From Vicinamibacterales bacterium (GTDB taxonomy: Bacteria; Acidobacteriota; Vicinamibacteria; Vicinamibacterales; UBA8438), in the NCBI GenBank assembly GCA_965197375.1, contig CBDAMZ010000008.1, positions 143,394 through 207,393 of the forward strand: DNA of 64,000 bases. The letters are read 5' to 3'. This document shows positions 10,191-19,568 of the stretch, piece after piece; the stretch's first letter is position 1, and each line of letters begins with the position of its first letter. A program made the translations under genes and the position numbers. Under the pieces are notes generated by a model. It was not told the DNA's origin. It saw only the letters and a program-made list of their open reading frames with translations, and did not search any database.

Positions 10191-10820
10191 ATGGCACGCT
10201 ATGTCGGTCCGGTCTGCCGGTTGTGCCGGCGGGAAGGCATGAAGCTTTTCCTCAAGGGGGAGCGCTGCTATGGCGAGAAATGTGCTATCGATCGGCGCAA
10301 TGTGCCTCCAGGGCAGCATGGGAAGGGGAGGAAGGCTAGGCTCATCGGGTATGGTCTGCAACTGCGCGAGAAGCAGCGAGTGAAACGGATGTACGGTGTG
10401 CTGGAGCGCCAGTTCAGGCGCTACTACGAAGAAGCCGACCGGCGGAAGGGTATCACCGGCGAGACGTTGTTGCAGCTGCTGGAGCGACGCTTAGACAACA
10501 TCGTCTACCGGCTCGGCTTCGCGACCTCGCGACCGCAGGCGCGGCAGCTGGTGCGTCACGGCCACTTCTTGGTCAACGGTAAGCGAGCTGACATCCCGTC
10601 GTATTCGCTGCGCACCGGTGACCAGGTCAGCGTCAGGGCGACCAGCGCAAAGAATCCTGCCATCCAGTATGCGATGGAGGAGGTTAAGGGCCGCGGCGTT
10701 CCAGAATGGCTGGACTTGGACGGTGAGAACCAAGCGGGGCGGCTGTCGGCACTGCCGACCCGTGAGCAGTTGAATCTCCCGGTACAAGAGCAACTGATTG
10801 TCGAGCTGTATTCGAAATAG
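10191..10820 (+). CDS. rpsD: 30S ribosomal protein S4
   Basis: 209 aa; [26 protein letters not shown]..., S4 domain [12 protein letters not shown]. Confidence 0.96.
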   Translation: MARYVGPVCRLCRREGMKLFLKGERCYGEKCAIDRRNVPPGQHGKGRKARLIGYGLQLREKQRVKRMYGVLERQFRRYYEEADRRKGITGETLLQLLERRLDNIVYRLGFATSRPQARQLVRHGHFLVNGKRADIPSYSLRTGDQVSVRATSAKNPAIQYAMEEVKGRGVPEWLDLDGENQAGRLSALPTREQLNLPVQEQLIVELYSK

Positions 10821-10888
10821 GCGAATCGGCTGGCCGGAAACACGCGATCGTTATCGGCCTGCCAACGCTCCTGAAAGGACTGAACTCG

Positions 10889-11884
10889 ATGCTGTGGAAA
10901 GGCTTCCAGCGACCCAAGGTTCTGGAATACGAGCACGACACGCTCACGAATCAATATGGGCGCTTTCACGCGCAGCCGTTTGAGCGAGGTTTTGGAACGA
11001 CGGTCGGTAACGCACTGCGCCGTGCGTTGCTATCGTCGATCGAAGGCGCCGCTATTACCGCCGTGAAAATCGAAGGCGTGCTGCACGAGTTCTCACCGAT
11101 ACCTGGGGTGGTTGAGGACGCGACAAACATCATCTTAAATCTTAAGCAGATTCCATTCAAGGTGCACGTCGACCAGCCGAAGACGTTGTATCTTAAAGCT
11201 GGCAAGGCCGGTCAGGTCAAAGCGGGGGACCTTGAAACTGACGCGGACATTGAGATCCTTGAACCTGACGTTCATATTGCCACGATTGCTGATGGCGGGA
11301 CGCTGAACATGGAGATGCGCCTTAAGCGCGGGCGAGGTTACGTTTCGGCTGATAAGAACTTCGACGAGGATCTCGGAATCGGCTGGATTCCAATTGACTC
11401 GGTGCATTCACCGATCAAGAAGGTTAACTACCTGGTTGAGGCTGCTCGGCTGGGACAGACGACCGATTACGACAAGCTGACCATTGACGTATGGACCGAC
11501 GGGACCGTCAGCGCCCGCGCGGCAGTGTCGCTTGGTGCGAAGCTGATCCGGGATCATCTGAGCATCTTCATCAACGTTGACGATCCGATTGTCCAGCCGA
11601 TGGATCCGCTGGCCGACCAGACAGGCCCGACTCCAAACGAGCACCTGGACAAGAGCGTCGATGAGCTGGAGCTGTCAGTCCGGTCGTATAATTGTTTAAA
11701 GAATGCCAACATCAAGACGATCCGTGAGCTCGTGCAGAAGACCGAGCCAGAAATGCTACGCACTAAGAATTTCGGTCGAAAATCACTGAACGAGATCAAG
11801 GAGATCCTGACGAATATGAGCCTTGGCCTTGGCATGCGCCTCGACCCCTCCCCGGAAGCCACGGCACCGTCTCAGTCGGAGTAG
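10889..11884 (+). CDS. rpoA: DNA-directed RNA polymerase subunit alpha
   Basis: 331 aa; [35 protein letters not shown]..., C-terminal domain [22 protein letters not shown]. Confidence 0.96.
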   Translation: MLWKGFQRPKVLEYEHDTLTNQYGRFHAQPFERGFGTTVGNALRRALLSSIEGAAITAVKIEGVLHEFSPIPGVVEDATNIILNLKQIPFKVHVDQPKTLYLKAGKAGQVKAGDLETDADIEILEPDVHIATIADGGTLNMEMRLKRGRGYVSADKNFDEDLGIGWIPIDSVHSPIKKVNYLVEAARLGQTTDYDKLTIDVWTDGTVSARAAVSLGAKLIRDHLSIFINVDDPIVQPMDPLADQTGPTPNEHLDKSVDELELSVRSYNCLKNANIKTIRELVQKTEPEMLRTKNFGRKSLNEIKEILTNMSLGLGMRLDPSPEATAPSQSE

Positions 11885-11890
11885 TACTAA

Positions 11891-12493
11891 ATGCGCCATC
11901 GACTTGCTCACCGTAAGCTTGGTCGGGTCACTGCGCACCGGATCGCACTGCTCAGAAATCAGGCTACCGCATTGCTTTACCACGAGCGGATCAACACGAC
12001 AGTGGCGAAAGCAAAGGAGCTCCGTCCATTCGTCGAGCGTCTCATCACCGTGGCCAAACGAGCAATTGTGGAGGGTGAGGACAGCAGACGGGTGCTGCAC
12101 GCGAGACGCCTGGTTCGTCGCGATCTGGCTGACCATAAGGTTGCCGCGAAGTTATTCGATACGATCGCTCCAAAGTTTGCGACGCGCCCTGGTGGCTATA
12201 CGCGCATGCTGCGAGTGGGTCGCCGAGTGGGTGATGCCACTGAACTTGCTCAAGTCGAGCTCGTAGGAAGCGAATACACTCCGGAGGTTAAGGCAGTCGA
12301 GCCGGAAGAGACTACGCAAGCAAAGGGCGTTGGTGGTCGGATTCGCCGGGCGGCCCAGCGTATTCGAGGGGCTGGAAAGGCGACTTCTTCAAAGGCGGGC
12401 GCATCGGAAGAAGCGGCGGCCGAGAAGCTACGGAAGCCTAAGGCTAAGGATAAGGCGAAGCGCACGTGGAGAAGAAGCCGCAAGAAGGACTAG
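11891..12493 (+). CDS. rplQ: 50S ribosomal protein L17 (with ~80-aa Lys/Ala/Glu-rich C-terminal tail)
   Basis: [53 protein letters not shown] is canonical L17; 200 aa in total. Confidence 0.93.
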   Translation: MRHRLAHRKLGRVTAHRIALLRNQATALLYHERINTTVAKAKELRPFVERLITVAKRAIVEGEDSRRVLHARRLVRRDLADHKVAAKLFDTIAPKFATRPGGYTRMLRVGRRVGDATELAQVELVGSEYTPEVKAVEPEETTQAKGVGGRIRRAAQRIRGAGKATSSKAGASEEAAAEKLRKPKAKDKAKRTWRRSRKKD

Positions 12494-12769
12494 AAGCTCT
12501 CTTGCAAGTCCATCATTAGAACAGGGTTGCAAGCAGGGCGGAGTATTTCCATAGAGGTTTCCTGGGCGGCCTTGTTGTTAATAGCGGCGGTTTTTTAGAG
12601 GGGCTGCAGTCTGTGCGGTAATCGGCCCCCTGTACAACTCAGGCGATCAAAACTCCGGCGACCGGTTAACTGGCTGCTCGGCGGTGCCGTGGGCTGACCC
12701 CGGTGGTGCTGGGGTGTTTGAGAGTTGAGCCAAGCAATTTCCCGAAGCCGAATTTGAACAGTTCAATCT

Positions 12770-14271
12770 ATGTGTGGAATTGTTGCTTACATCGGAGACG
12801 CGCCTGCTAAACGGGTTGGCACGATCGAGCGGGCCGCGACTCGGTTGCGGCATCGCGGGCCAGACGATGCGGGTTTTCATACCGCTGGGGGCTCGACCGT
12901 GGCTCACCAGCGGCTGTCGATCGTTGACGTTGCGGGTGGCGCACAGCCGTTGCTGAGTGAGGACGGACGCTTGGCTCTTGCGTGCAACGGAGAGATTTAC
13001 AACCACGAGCAACTCCGGATGCAGTTGCAACCAAAACATCAGTTCCGGACGCGATCGGATTCGGAAGTGATTATCCATCTGTACGAGGAGTTTGGAGGGA
13101 GTGCGTCAATCGGCTTTCCGGTATGTTCGCATTCGTGCTTACAGACGGCGAGCACCTACTAGCCGCCAGGGATCCGCTCGGCATTAAGCCGCTTTACATC
13201 GGTCGTGGGGATGATGGATCCGTATGGTTCGCGTCAGAACTTAAAGCTCTGCTTGGCGTATGCAACGACGTTCGAGAATTTCCTGCCGGCTCACTATACA
13301 CGCCGGCGGATGGGCTCCGCCGCTGGTTTGAGCCGTCGTGGATCGATCCACCAGAGCACCCCCTGGTCGCTGATGGCGGCACCATCGTTCGCGGGCTCGA
13401 GCGAGCGGTGACCAAGCGGCTCATGGGCGATGTCCCGGTTGGCGTCTTCCTCTCCGGTGGGCTCGATTCGAGTGTCGTCGCGGCGCTGGCACGTGCCAAG
13501 GTGTCCGAGCTCCACAGTTTCTCGGTTGGCCTCGAAAGTTCGGTTGACCTTCTGGCGGCTCGGGCCGTCTCGGGCTACCTCGGGACACACCATCACGAAT
13601 TTGTCTATACGGCCGAAGATATGATCGAGGTGCTCGAGCCGGTCATTTACCACCTCGAGTCGTACGATCCCGCACTCATTCGCAATGCCATCCCGTGTTA
13701 CTTTGTGTCTAAGCTCGCAGCCGACTACGTCAAGGTCGTGCTCAGCGGTGAAGGCTCCGATGAAGCATTTGCAGGTTATCGTTACTTCGGTGATTTGTCG
13801 AATGGGAATGCTTTGCACCACGAGTCCGTCCGGATTCTCCGGTGCCTGCACAATATGAACCTGCAGCGCGTCGATCGGATGACCATGGCTCACTCTCTTG
13901 AAGGACGGGTGCCGTTTCTCGATACTAACTTCCTCGATGTGGTGATGGCGATCGATCCTGAAGCCAAGCTCCATCGGCCGGATCGGATTGAGAAGTGGCT
14001 CTTGCGGCATGCCTTCGAGGGGTTTCTTCCTGAGTCGATTCTCTGGCGAACCAAGGAGGAATTTGCCCAGGGGTGCGGGTCTGAATTAGCGCTTCGTGAG
14101 CACTGCGATCGTCTCGTCACCGATACCGGACTCGAGCGCTCAAACGAGCACTTTCCCATCGACACGCCGAAGACGAAGGAGGCATTTCACTATCGGCGAA
14201 TTTTTGAACAGTTCTTCCCTGGTGATGCGCTACGTCTGACGGTTGGGCGATGGCGTGGAACGGCTGCCTGA
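12770..14271 (+). pseudogene. asnB: Asparagine synthase (glutamine-hydrolysing), reading frame broken by a 1-nt frameshift near 13097-13100
   Basis: ORF 12770-13162 is the N-terminal class-II amidotransferase domain (MCGIVAY..., SDSEVIIHLYEEFGG). ORF 12982-14271 in the -1 frame continues the same protein (ECVNRLSGMFAFVL..., SGGLDSS PP-loop, SGEGSDE). The join is at 'ggagggag'. Confidence 0.8.
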
Positions 14272-15574
14272 AAACCATTGGGAATGGCAAACGGTGTCTA
14301 AACCCTTAGTACTGCACGGTGACACGCGAGCAGGTGAGAGTACGTACGCGGAGGCTTCCAAGTGGTTTTATAGTGGACGCCGTGGCGGCTTGTCAGGCCT
14401 GTACGACAACGTGCGCATGTACTGGGAGGACCAGACGACACGGCTAGCGCTCCGGCCGTACGTGAAGGAGCGCGTCGCACTCTCAACAGCCGAGGGGCTT
14501 GGCGTCCGTATACTCGACCTTGGCTGCGGCGGCGGTCATGGCTATCAATTACTGACGAAAATCGAAGAAACAAACCTTAGCCTTGAGGATTCGCCCCGCT
14601 ATGTATTACCGCCGAGTTGCGTAGCACACTATCTTGGTCTCGACCTTAACGAATCGATGGTCATCCAGGGACGGAATAACTATCGCGATGTGGCTCATGT
14701 CAGCTTCCAAATTTCAGATCTGCGCAAGGGCCTCGACCCAGGCTTGTCCTGGCCGCCGTTTGATATCTATTTTTCCTCTTATGGGGCGATGTCTCACCTC
14801 GGTACGGCATCGCTTCGGCGGTGTCTGAGCGAGATTCTTCTACACGCCAGGCCAGGTTCATTGGTTGTGCTTGACCTAGTTGGCCGGTACTCTCAAGAGT
14901 GGCCCGCGTACTGGCATGCGGAAGACGATGCGGACAAGGTGCGCTCATACTCGATGAGTTATCTCAAAGACGAGAGAGATCGGCTAAATGGTGACATCGA
15001 TCAGTTTCCGCTTCGCTTCTGGACCGGTGCTGAGGTGAAAGAGCTCTGCGCGGAACTGAGCGACGCGGGGGGTGTGGAGTTTGAGGTGCTGCGCTTGGTG
15101 GATCGGGCGCTGTTCGTTGGGCGGCACGTCGACACTCGCGAGTATGGATGCTTACTGCCACCGCTACGTCGAGCCGTGAACAGCCTATACGAGTTCGATG
15201 TTCGCACTCGGCTAGATCACCTCCGAGTCGACTACCGTCCGCTCCCAGGTGACGATGAACTGAATCAGTTTTTTGCCTCGCTCACCTCGTGCTGGAACCG
15301 GCTCGTCGACTTCACGATCGATCGTCTGCTGGGGAACCGCAGTGGGCTGGCGGCTATGGATGGTTGGCAAGAACTCCCGCCGGCGTTGCAGGCGGTGCTT
15401 ATGCGCATGGACCGGGTCGTCGACAGTGCTGCCCGGATCGGAGCCGGAGATGTACGGGCCAACATCGTCGAGCCACAGCTCGCGTCTAGCCTGCGCGACC
15501 TCGAGCACACGATGCAGCACGGGCAAGGGTGTGGGCACTCCCTCGTGGCCATACTTCGGGTCAAGGCCACCTAA
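14243..15574 (+). CDS. Class I SAM-dependent methyltransferase, uncharacterised, with long C-terminal region; start uncertain
   Basis: 443-aa ORF; motif I VRILDLGCGGGHGYQLL, then ...YLGLDLNE and ...PGSLVVLD. The ORF-track start is TTG 14243, overlapping asnB by 29 nt; GTG 14294 is an alternative. Confidence 0.75.
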   Translation: MGDGVERLPENHWEWQTVSKPLVLHGDTRAGESTYAEASKWFYSGRRGGLSGLYDNVRMYWEDQTTRLALRPYVKERVALSTAEGLGVRILDLGCGGGHGYQLLTKIEETNLSLEDSPRYVLPPSCVAHYLGLDLNESMVIQGRNNYRDVAHVSFQISDLRKGLDPGLSWPPFDIYFSSYGAMSHLGTASLRRCLSEILLHARPGSLVVLDLVGRYSQEWPAYWHAEDDADKVRSYSMSYLKDERDRLNGDIDQFPLRFWTGAEVKELCAELSDAGGVEFEVLRLVDRALFVGRHVDTREYGCLLPPLRRAVNSLYEFDVRTRLDHLRVDYRPLPGDDELNQFFASLTSCWNRLVDFTIDRLLGNRSGLAAMDGWQELPPALQAVLMRMDRVVDSAARIGAGDVRANIVEPQLASSLRDLEHTMQHGQGCGHSLVAILRVKAT

Positions 15575-15676
15575 CATACAAAGCTTAGTAGCTCGCACGT
15601 ACTTTATTAAATATAGAAACGTATTTTATTTGCCGGGTTTGGGTCTTTTGGCTATCTTGAAAATCGGGGGCAATGT

Positions 15677-16110
15677 GTGAAGGCGCCCAGACATAGCCCA
15701 TATATTGTCTGTCTCTCACGGCAGGAGCGGAAAGTCCTTGAGGGTCGTGCGCCACAATATACGGTGCTTTATTTCTATGTTCTCAGAGCCAAAATTATCC
15801 TGCTCGCTGCTGCCGGGTTGGCCAATAACGAGATCGCCTCTGCACTCTCCGTCTGACGAGAGGTTGTTAGCCTATGGGCAAACGCTTCTTCTATAAACGC
15901 CTGCCTGGCCTAGAAGAAGGACTCCGGCCCGGCCGTCCCAGGGTCTTTCAACCCAGAGGTCGTCGTGCACGTTATTAAGGCCCCTGCCTGTGAGCTTCCC
16001 GCCACGCGTGGCTTTCCCCCTCTACGCCTCTGAGTCAGGCTGTTGTCGTGCGGGAACACAGCGATTTGGCCATCCCTGCCAATGCTTTCGACTGCACTGG
16101 GACAGGCGGC
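15677..16110 (+). pseudogene. Decayed N-terminal fragment of an IS630-family transposase (HTH region)
   Basis: Manual translation: ...LSRQERKVLEGRAPQYTVLYFYVLRAKIILLAAAGLANNEIASALSV*, then in shifted frames ...GSFNPEVVVHVIKAPACELPATRGFPPLRL*. This resembles the remembered IS630-type N-terminus (RARIVLLAAEG.SN.EIA..LGVS ... FPPEV.A.VKALACELPA..G.PLSRW). Several in-frame stops and frameshifts; the DDE domain is absent. Confidence 0.5.
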
Positions 16111-16119
16111 CAGTTCGGA

Positions 16120-18219
16120 TTATCCATGTTCTGTCTGTTCCTGCCCGTGTGGGGCTGCGGCTCCCGAGATGATTTTGGCGCGGAGGTGGGTGGGCACTTC
16201 CTCGTAGTGTGAGAACTTCATGCCATACGACCCACGCCCACCGGTGGCCGACGTCAACTGTCGCTCGTAGGTGAGCATTTCCGCCATTGGCACTTGCGCC
16301 TTGATGAGCGTTAAGGTTCCCCGAGTTTCCATCCCGCCGATCCGGCCGCGCCGGCCGTTCAGATCACCCATTAGATCGCCTGCAAAGGCGCTTGGTGCGT
16401 ATACCTCAACGTCCATAATTGGTTCGAGTAGGGTGGGCTTTGCTCTGGACATCGCGTCCTTGAAGGCCAGGCGGCCAGCCATCTTGAACGACAGCTCGTT
16501 CGAATCAACTGAGTGAAACTGGCCATCGTAGAGCGTCACCCGAAAGTCGACCATCGGGTAGCCAGCCAGGTACCCCTTCTCGCGTGCCTCGGCGATGCCC
16601 TTTTCGACGGCGGGAATAAATTGGCGCGGGATCGAACCACCGAAGATTTTGTTCGCGAAGTCGAAGTCCTGGCCGCGCGGGAGAGGCTCGACACGGATCC
16701 GGCAGTCGCCGAACTGCCCGTGGCCGCCCGTCTGCTTCTTGTGGCGTCCATGGGCTTCGGTCGACGCCGTGATCGTCTCACGATAGGGAATCCTCGGCAG
16801 CTTGAGATTCACCTCGACGCCGAACCGTCGCTTTAACTTGGCGACCGTCACCTCGATGTGCAGTTGCCCCTGGCCTGACAACAAGAGTTCCTTGGTCTGC
16901 GGATCGCGTGCGTAGCGGATCGTTGGGTCCTCTTCCTGGAGGCGTTGCAGTGAGCCACTGATCTTTTCCTCGTCACCACGGCTCTTTGGTTCGATCGCGT
17001 AGGAAAGCACCGGCTCGGCGAACGTGATCGGCGCGAAGGTCGCTTTACTGGCCTTGTCAGCTAGCGTGTCACCGGTCTGTGTTTCTTTCAGCTTTGGTAC
17101 CGCACCGAGATCTCCAGCTTTGACTTCAGGTACAGCGTTCTGGGTTTTACCCTGCATGATGGCCAGTCCGCCCAGACGCTCGCTTGTCTCCGCTCTTAAG
17201 TTGTAGACGGTTGAGTCGGTCGTTAGCGTTCCGGCTGCCACACGGAACAGAGTGATCCGGCCAGCGAACGGGTCGGCGATCGTTTTCCACACGAATGCTG
17301 CATAGGGTGCCGTCTCGCTGCTGTCGTAGGCGATCGCCTCACCGCTCTCGCGATCGACGGTCGGCAGCGGACGGTCCGCAGCGGATGGGAGATAGGCGAG
17401 CACGGCGTCGAGTAGTGGCTGGACACCGATATTTTCCAGCGCAGAGGTGCAGACCATAGGAAATACGTGTCGACCGGCGGTGGCGATTCGCAGACCGCCC
17501 TCGAGCTCTTCCCGGGATAGGGTGCCGGTCTCGAAGAACCTTTCCATCAGCGCGTCATCCGCCTCAGCCACCATTTCAATGAGCGCTTCGCGCGACGTAT
17601 TGGCTAGATCTGCGAGTTCGGCAGGCACATCGCTTTCTACCAACTTTCCGCTGCGGTCGTCTGGGAAGGTGGTCGCCTTCATCGAGACGAGATCAACGTT
17701 ACCGCTGAAGTTCTCCTCTTCACCGATGGGCAGCTGTACCGGAACGATTGTCCGGCCGAAGGCTTCGCGCAGGGACGCCAGTGAGCGGTCAAGGCTGGCC
17801 TGCTTGCGATCCAGGCGGTTCAGGACCACGAGACAGGGAAGACCGAATTCCTTTGCAGCTCCCCAGACTTTTTCGGTTTGTACCTCAACCCCGGCCACGG
17901 CGTCTACGATGATTAGGGCGGCGTCAGAGACCCTTAGTGCGGCTCGCGTGTCACTCAGCACGTTTCCGATACCGGGTGTGTCGATGAGGTTGATCTTGGT
18001 CTTGTTCCACTCCGCGAAGGCGAGACTCGATGACAATGTATGCTTGCGGGCTATTTCTTCGTCATCGAAGTCGGTGACCGTGGTGCCGTCGTCCACCATG
18101 CCCAGCCGGTTGACCATGCCTGCATCGAACAGAGCGGCAGCCGCCAGCTGCGTTTTACCGGCACCGCTGTGGCCGACGAACGCAATGTTCCTGATGTCCG
18201 ACGCGTTATAGACCTTCAT
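16120..18219 (-). CDS. Elongation factor G paralog (EF-G-like translational GTPase)
   Basis: 699 aa; IRNIAFVGHSGAGKTQ P-loop variant, DTPG, NRLD; domain IV/V motifs (HGRHKKQTGGHGQFG, ...SFKMAG...); GAGGAGG SD upstream of ATG 18219. Not in the str operon. Confidence 0.9.
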   Translation of the reverse strand: MKVYNASDIRNIAFVGHSGAGKTQLAAAALFDAGMVNRLGMVDDGTTVTDFDDEEIARKHTLSSSLAFAEWNKTKINLIDTPGIGNVLSDTRAALRVSDAALIIVDAVAGVEVQTEKVWGAAKEFGLPCLVVLNRLDRKQASLDRSLASLREAFGRTIVPVQLPIGEEENFSGNVDLVSMKATTFPDDRSGKLVESDVPAELADLANTSREALIEMVAEADDALMERFFETGTLSREELEGGLRIATAGRHVFPMVCTSALENIGVQPLLDAVLAYLPSAADRPLPTVDRESGEAIAYDSSETAPYAAFVWKTIADPFAGRITLFRVAAGTLTTDSTVYNLRAETSERLGGLAIMQGKTQNAVPEVKAGDLGAVPKLKETQTGDTLADKASKATFAPITFAEPVLSYAIEPKSRGDEEKISGSLQRLQEEDPTIRYARDPQTKELLLSGQGQLHIEVTVAKLKRRFGVEVNLKLPRIPYRETITASTEAHGRHKKQTGGHGQFGDCRIRVEPLPRGQDFDFANKIFGGSIPRQFIPAVEKGIAEAREKGYLAGYPMVDFRVTLYDGQFHSVDSNELSFKMAGRLAFKDAMSRAKPTLLEPIMDVEVYAPSAFAGDLMGDLNGRRGRIGGMETRGTLTLIKAQVPMAEMLTYERQLTSATGGRGSYGMKFSHYEEVPTHLRAKIISGAAAPHGQEQTEHG

Positions 18220-18298
18220 AGACGCAAGCCCTCCTCATACGAACTGCCCATCGTACCGCGTGACGTTAAGGTCACTCAAGTCCTGACCGTGTCTGCGG

Positions 18299-18478
18299 TT
18301 ACTCGTGGCGGAGCGCCTCGATGGGATCCAGCGCGGAGGCCTTGACGGCTGGGAAAAGGCCAAAGACGATACCCACCGAGGCTAAGAAGCCAACGCCGAC
18401 CACGAACGACCGCCAGGGAAGCGAAATCGGGAAGCCAGGCCGTGCTGGGGTGAGTGCCACGCCGATAGGAATTAGCAT
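18299..18478 (-). pseudogene. C-terminal remnant (59 codons) of an FtsX/MacB-type ABC transporter permease
   Basis: Manual translation: (stop)WS-MLIPIGVALTPARPGFPISLPWRSFVVGVGFLASVGIVFGLFPAVKASALDPIEALRHE*. The ending GLFPA.KA..LDPIEALR.E is the hallmark FtsX C-terminus. A stop codon sits immediately upstream, so more than 300 N-terminal residues are missing. Confidence 0.55.
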
Positions 18479-18705
18479 GCTCCACTAGGAAAAGAACACG
18501 TCAATTGTGCCCGGTGGCTGCACAATTAGCGTATCCTGGTCTGGCTCTTGGCAGGAAGGCGACCAATATGGCCTGGTTCGGCAGTGCTCCGCGGGCGTGG
18601 TTCAATGGCGCGGCAAAGAGTGCTGCGATGACGATTAGATTGGCGGGTGAAACGACTGCCGCCGGACACGAGGCCACTTATCTGAAAGTTCGGGGCCGGT
18701 GTTGC

Positions 18706-18734
18706 TTGACAGTCCTAGGCTGGTTGGCTAGGAT
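18706..18734 (+). promoter_or_regulatory. Candidate sigma70-type promoter for pdaD
   Basis: TTGACA (18706-18711), 17-nt spacer, TAGGAT (18729-18734), about 60 nt upstream of the pdaD start. Pattern match only. Confidence 0.3.
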
Positions 18735-18795
18735 GCCTCCCGTTCGTACAGCCAACGAGTCGGTGTGACATCCCTGTAGCCGTCCGGACGGCGAT

Positions 18796-19347
18796 GTGCT
18801 TGGATTCGTCCCCACAGAGCTCTTCTTTACGAAGGGCGTCGGTAAGCACCGAGAAAAGCTGACGTCGTTTGAATTGGCGTTGCGCTCGGCCGGGATTGCT
18901 GCCTGCAATCTGGTCCGAGTCTCGAGCATCTTCCCACCAGGCTGCAAGCTCGTGTCCAGGTCGGAAGGCGTTAGGCGTCTCAGAGCTGGGCAGGTCACCT
19001 TCGTCGTGATGTCTGAGACGGCCACTAACGAGCCGCACCGACTGATCGCCTCGACGATCGGCGTGGCCATCCCTCGCGATCCCAAACTGTTCGGCTATCT
19101 GTCCGAGCACCACAGCTTCGGCGAAAATGAAGAGACGGCTGGTGACTATGCGGAAGACTTGGCGGCTGAGATGCTGGCAACCACCCTCGGCCTGACGTTC
19201 GACCCAGACAAGAGTTGGGATGAAAACAAGGAGGTCTACCGGCTCTCGAACGAAATCGTGCGGACGCAGAATGTCACCCAGACTGCCGTCGGCCACAAGA
19301 AAGGGTTGTGGACCACGGTGATAGCCGCCGCCGTCCTCGTGGGCTAG
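18796..19347 (+). CDS. pdaD: Pyruvoyl-dependent arginine decarboxylase
   Basis: 183 aa; ...[42 protein letters not shown] matches the PdaD family, including the VSS self-cleavage site. Confidence 0.88.
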   Translation: MLGFVPTELFFTKGVGKHREKLTSFELALRSAGIAACNLVRVSSIFPPGCKLVSRSEGVRRLRAGQVTFVVMSETATNEPHRLIASTIGVAIPRDPKLFGYLSEHHSFGENEETAGDYAEDLAAEMLATTLGLTFDPDKSWDENKEVYRLSNEIVRTQNVTQTAVGHKKGLWTTVIAAAVLVG

Positions 19348-19568
19348 CCTCATTTGTGCGGGCTCCCGGCACCGGCCGGTTCCTATCGGGGCCCGGGTCG
19401 GAGCCGGGACCATGCAGGGGAGTCCGTTGGGGCTGCGACCGTGGCTAGGCTAAGTGAGCTGTCCTACAAATTCAGCAGCATTCGGCCACTGGTGCATTCC
19501 TCCTTGCGGCGTTAGACCTCTCATTAGACGGGTTAAAATATGTTCACTCCTCGCGCTTTGCGGGGTAG

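Noticed and set aside
13088-13106. Programmed -1 ribosomal frameshift as the explanation for the split asnB
   Set aside because: There is no X XXY YYZ slippery heptamer and no obvious downstream pseudoknot, and AsnB is not known to use recoding. A single-G indel in a G-run is the simpler explanation.
18505-18768. 87-aa ORF upstream of pdaD, and a possible riboswitch in the 300-nt pdaD leader
   Set aside because: The ORF has no SD and no recognisable motif, and its composition is atypical. I could not identify any known riboswitch core. Only a plausible -35/-10 pair is reported, at low confidence.
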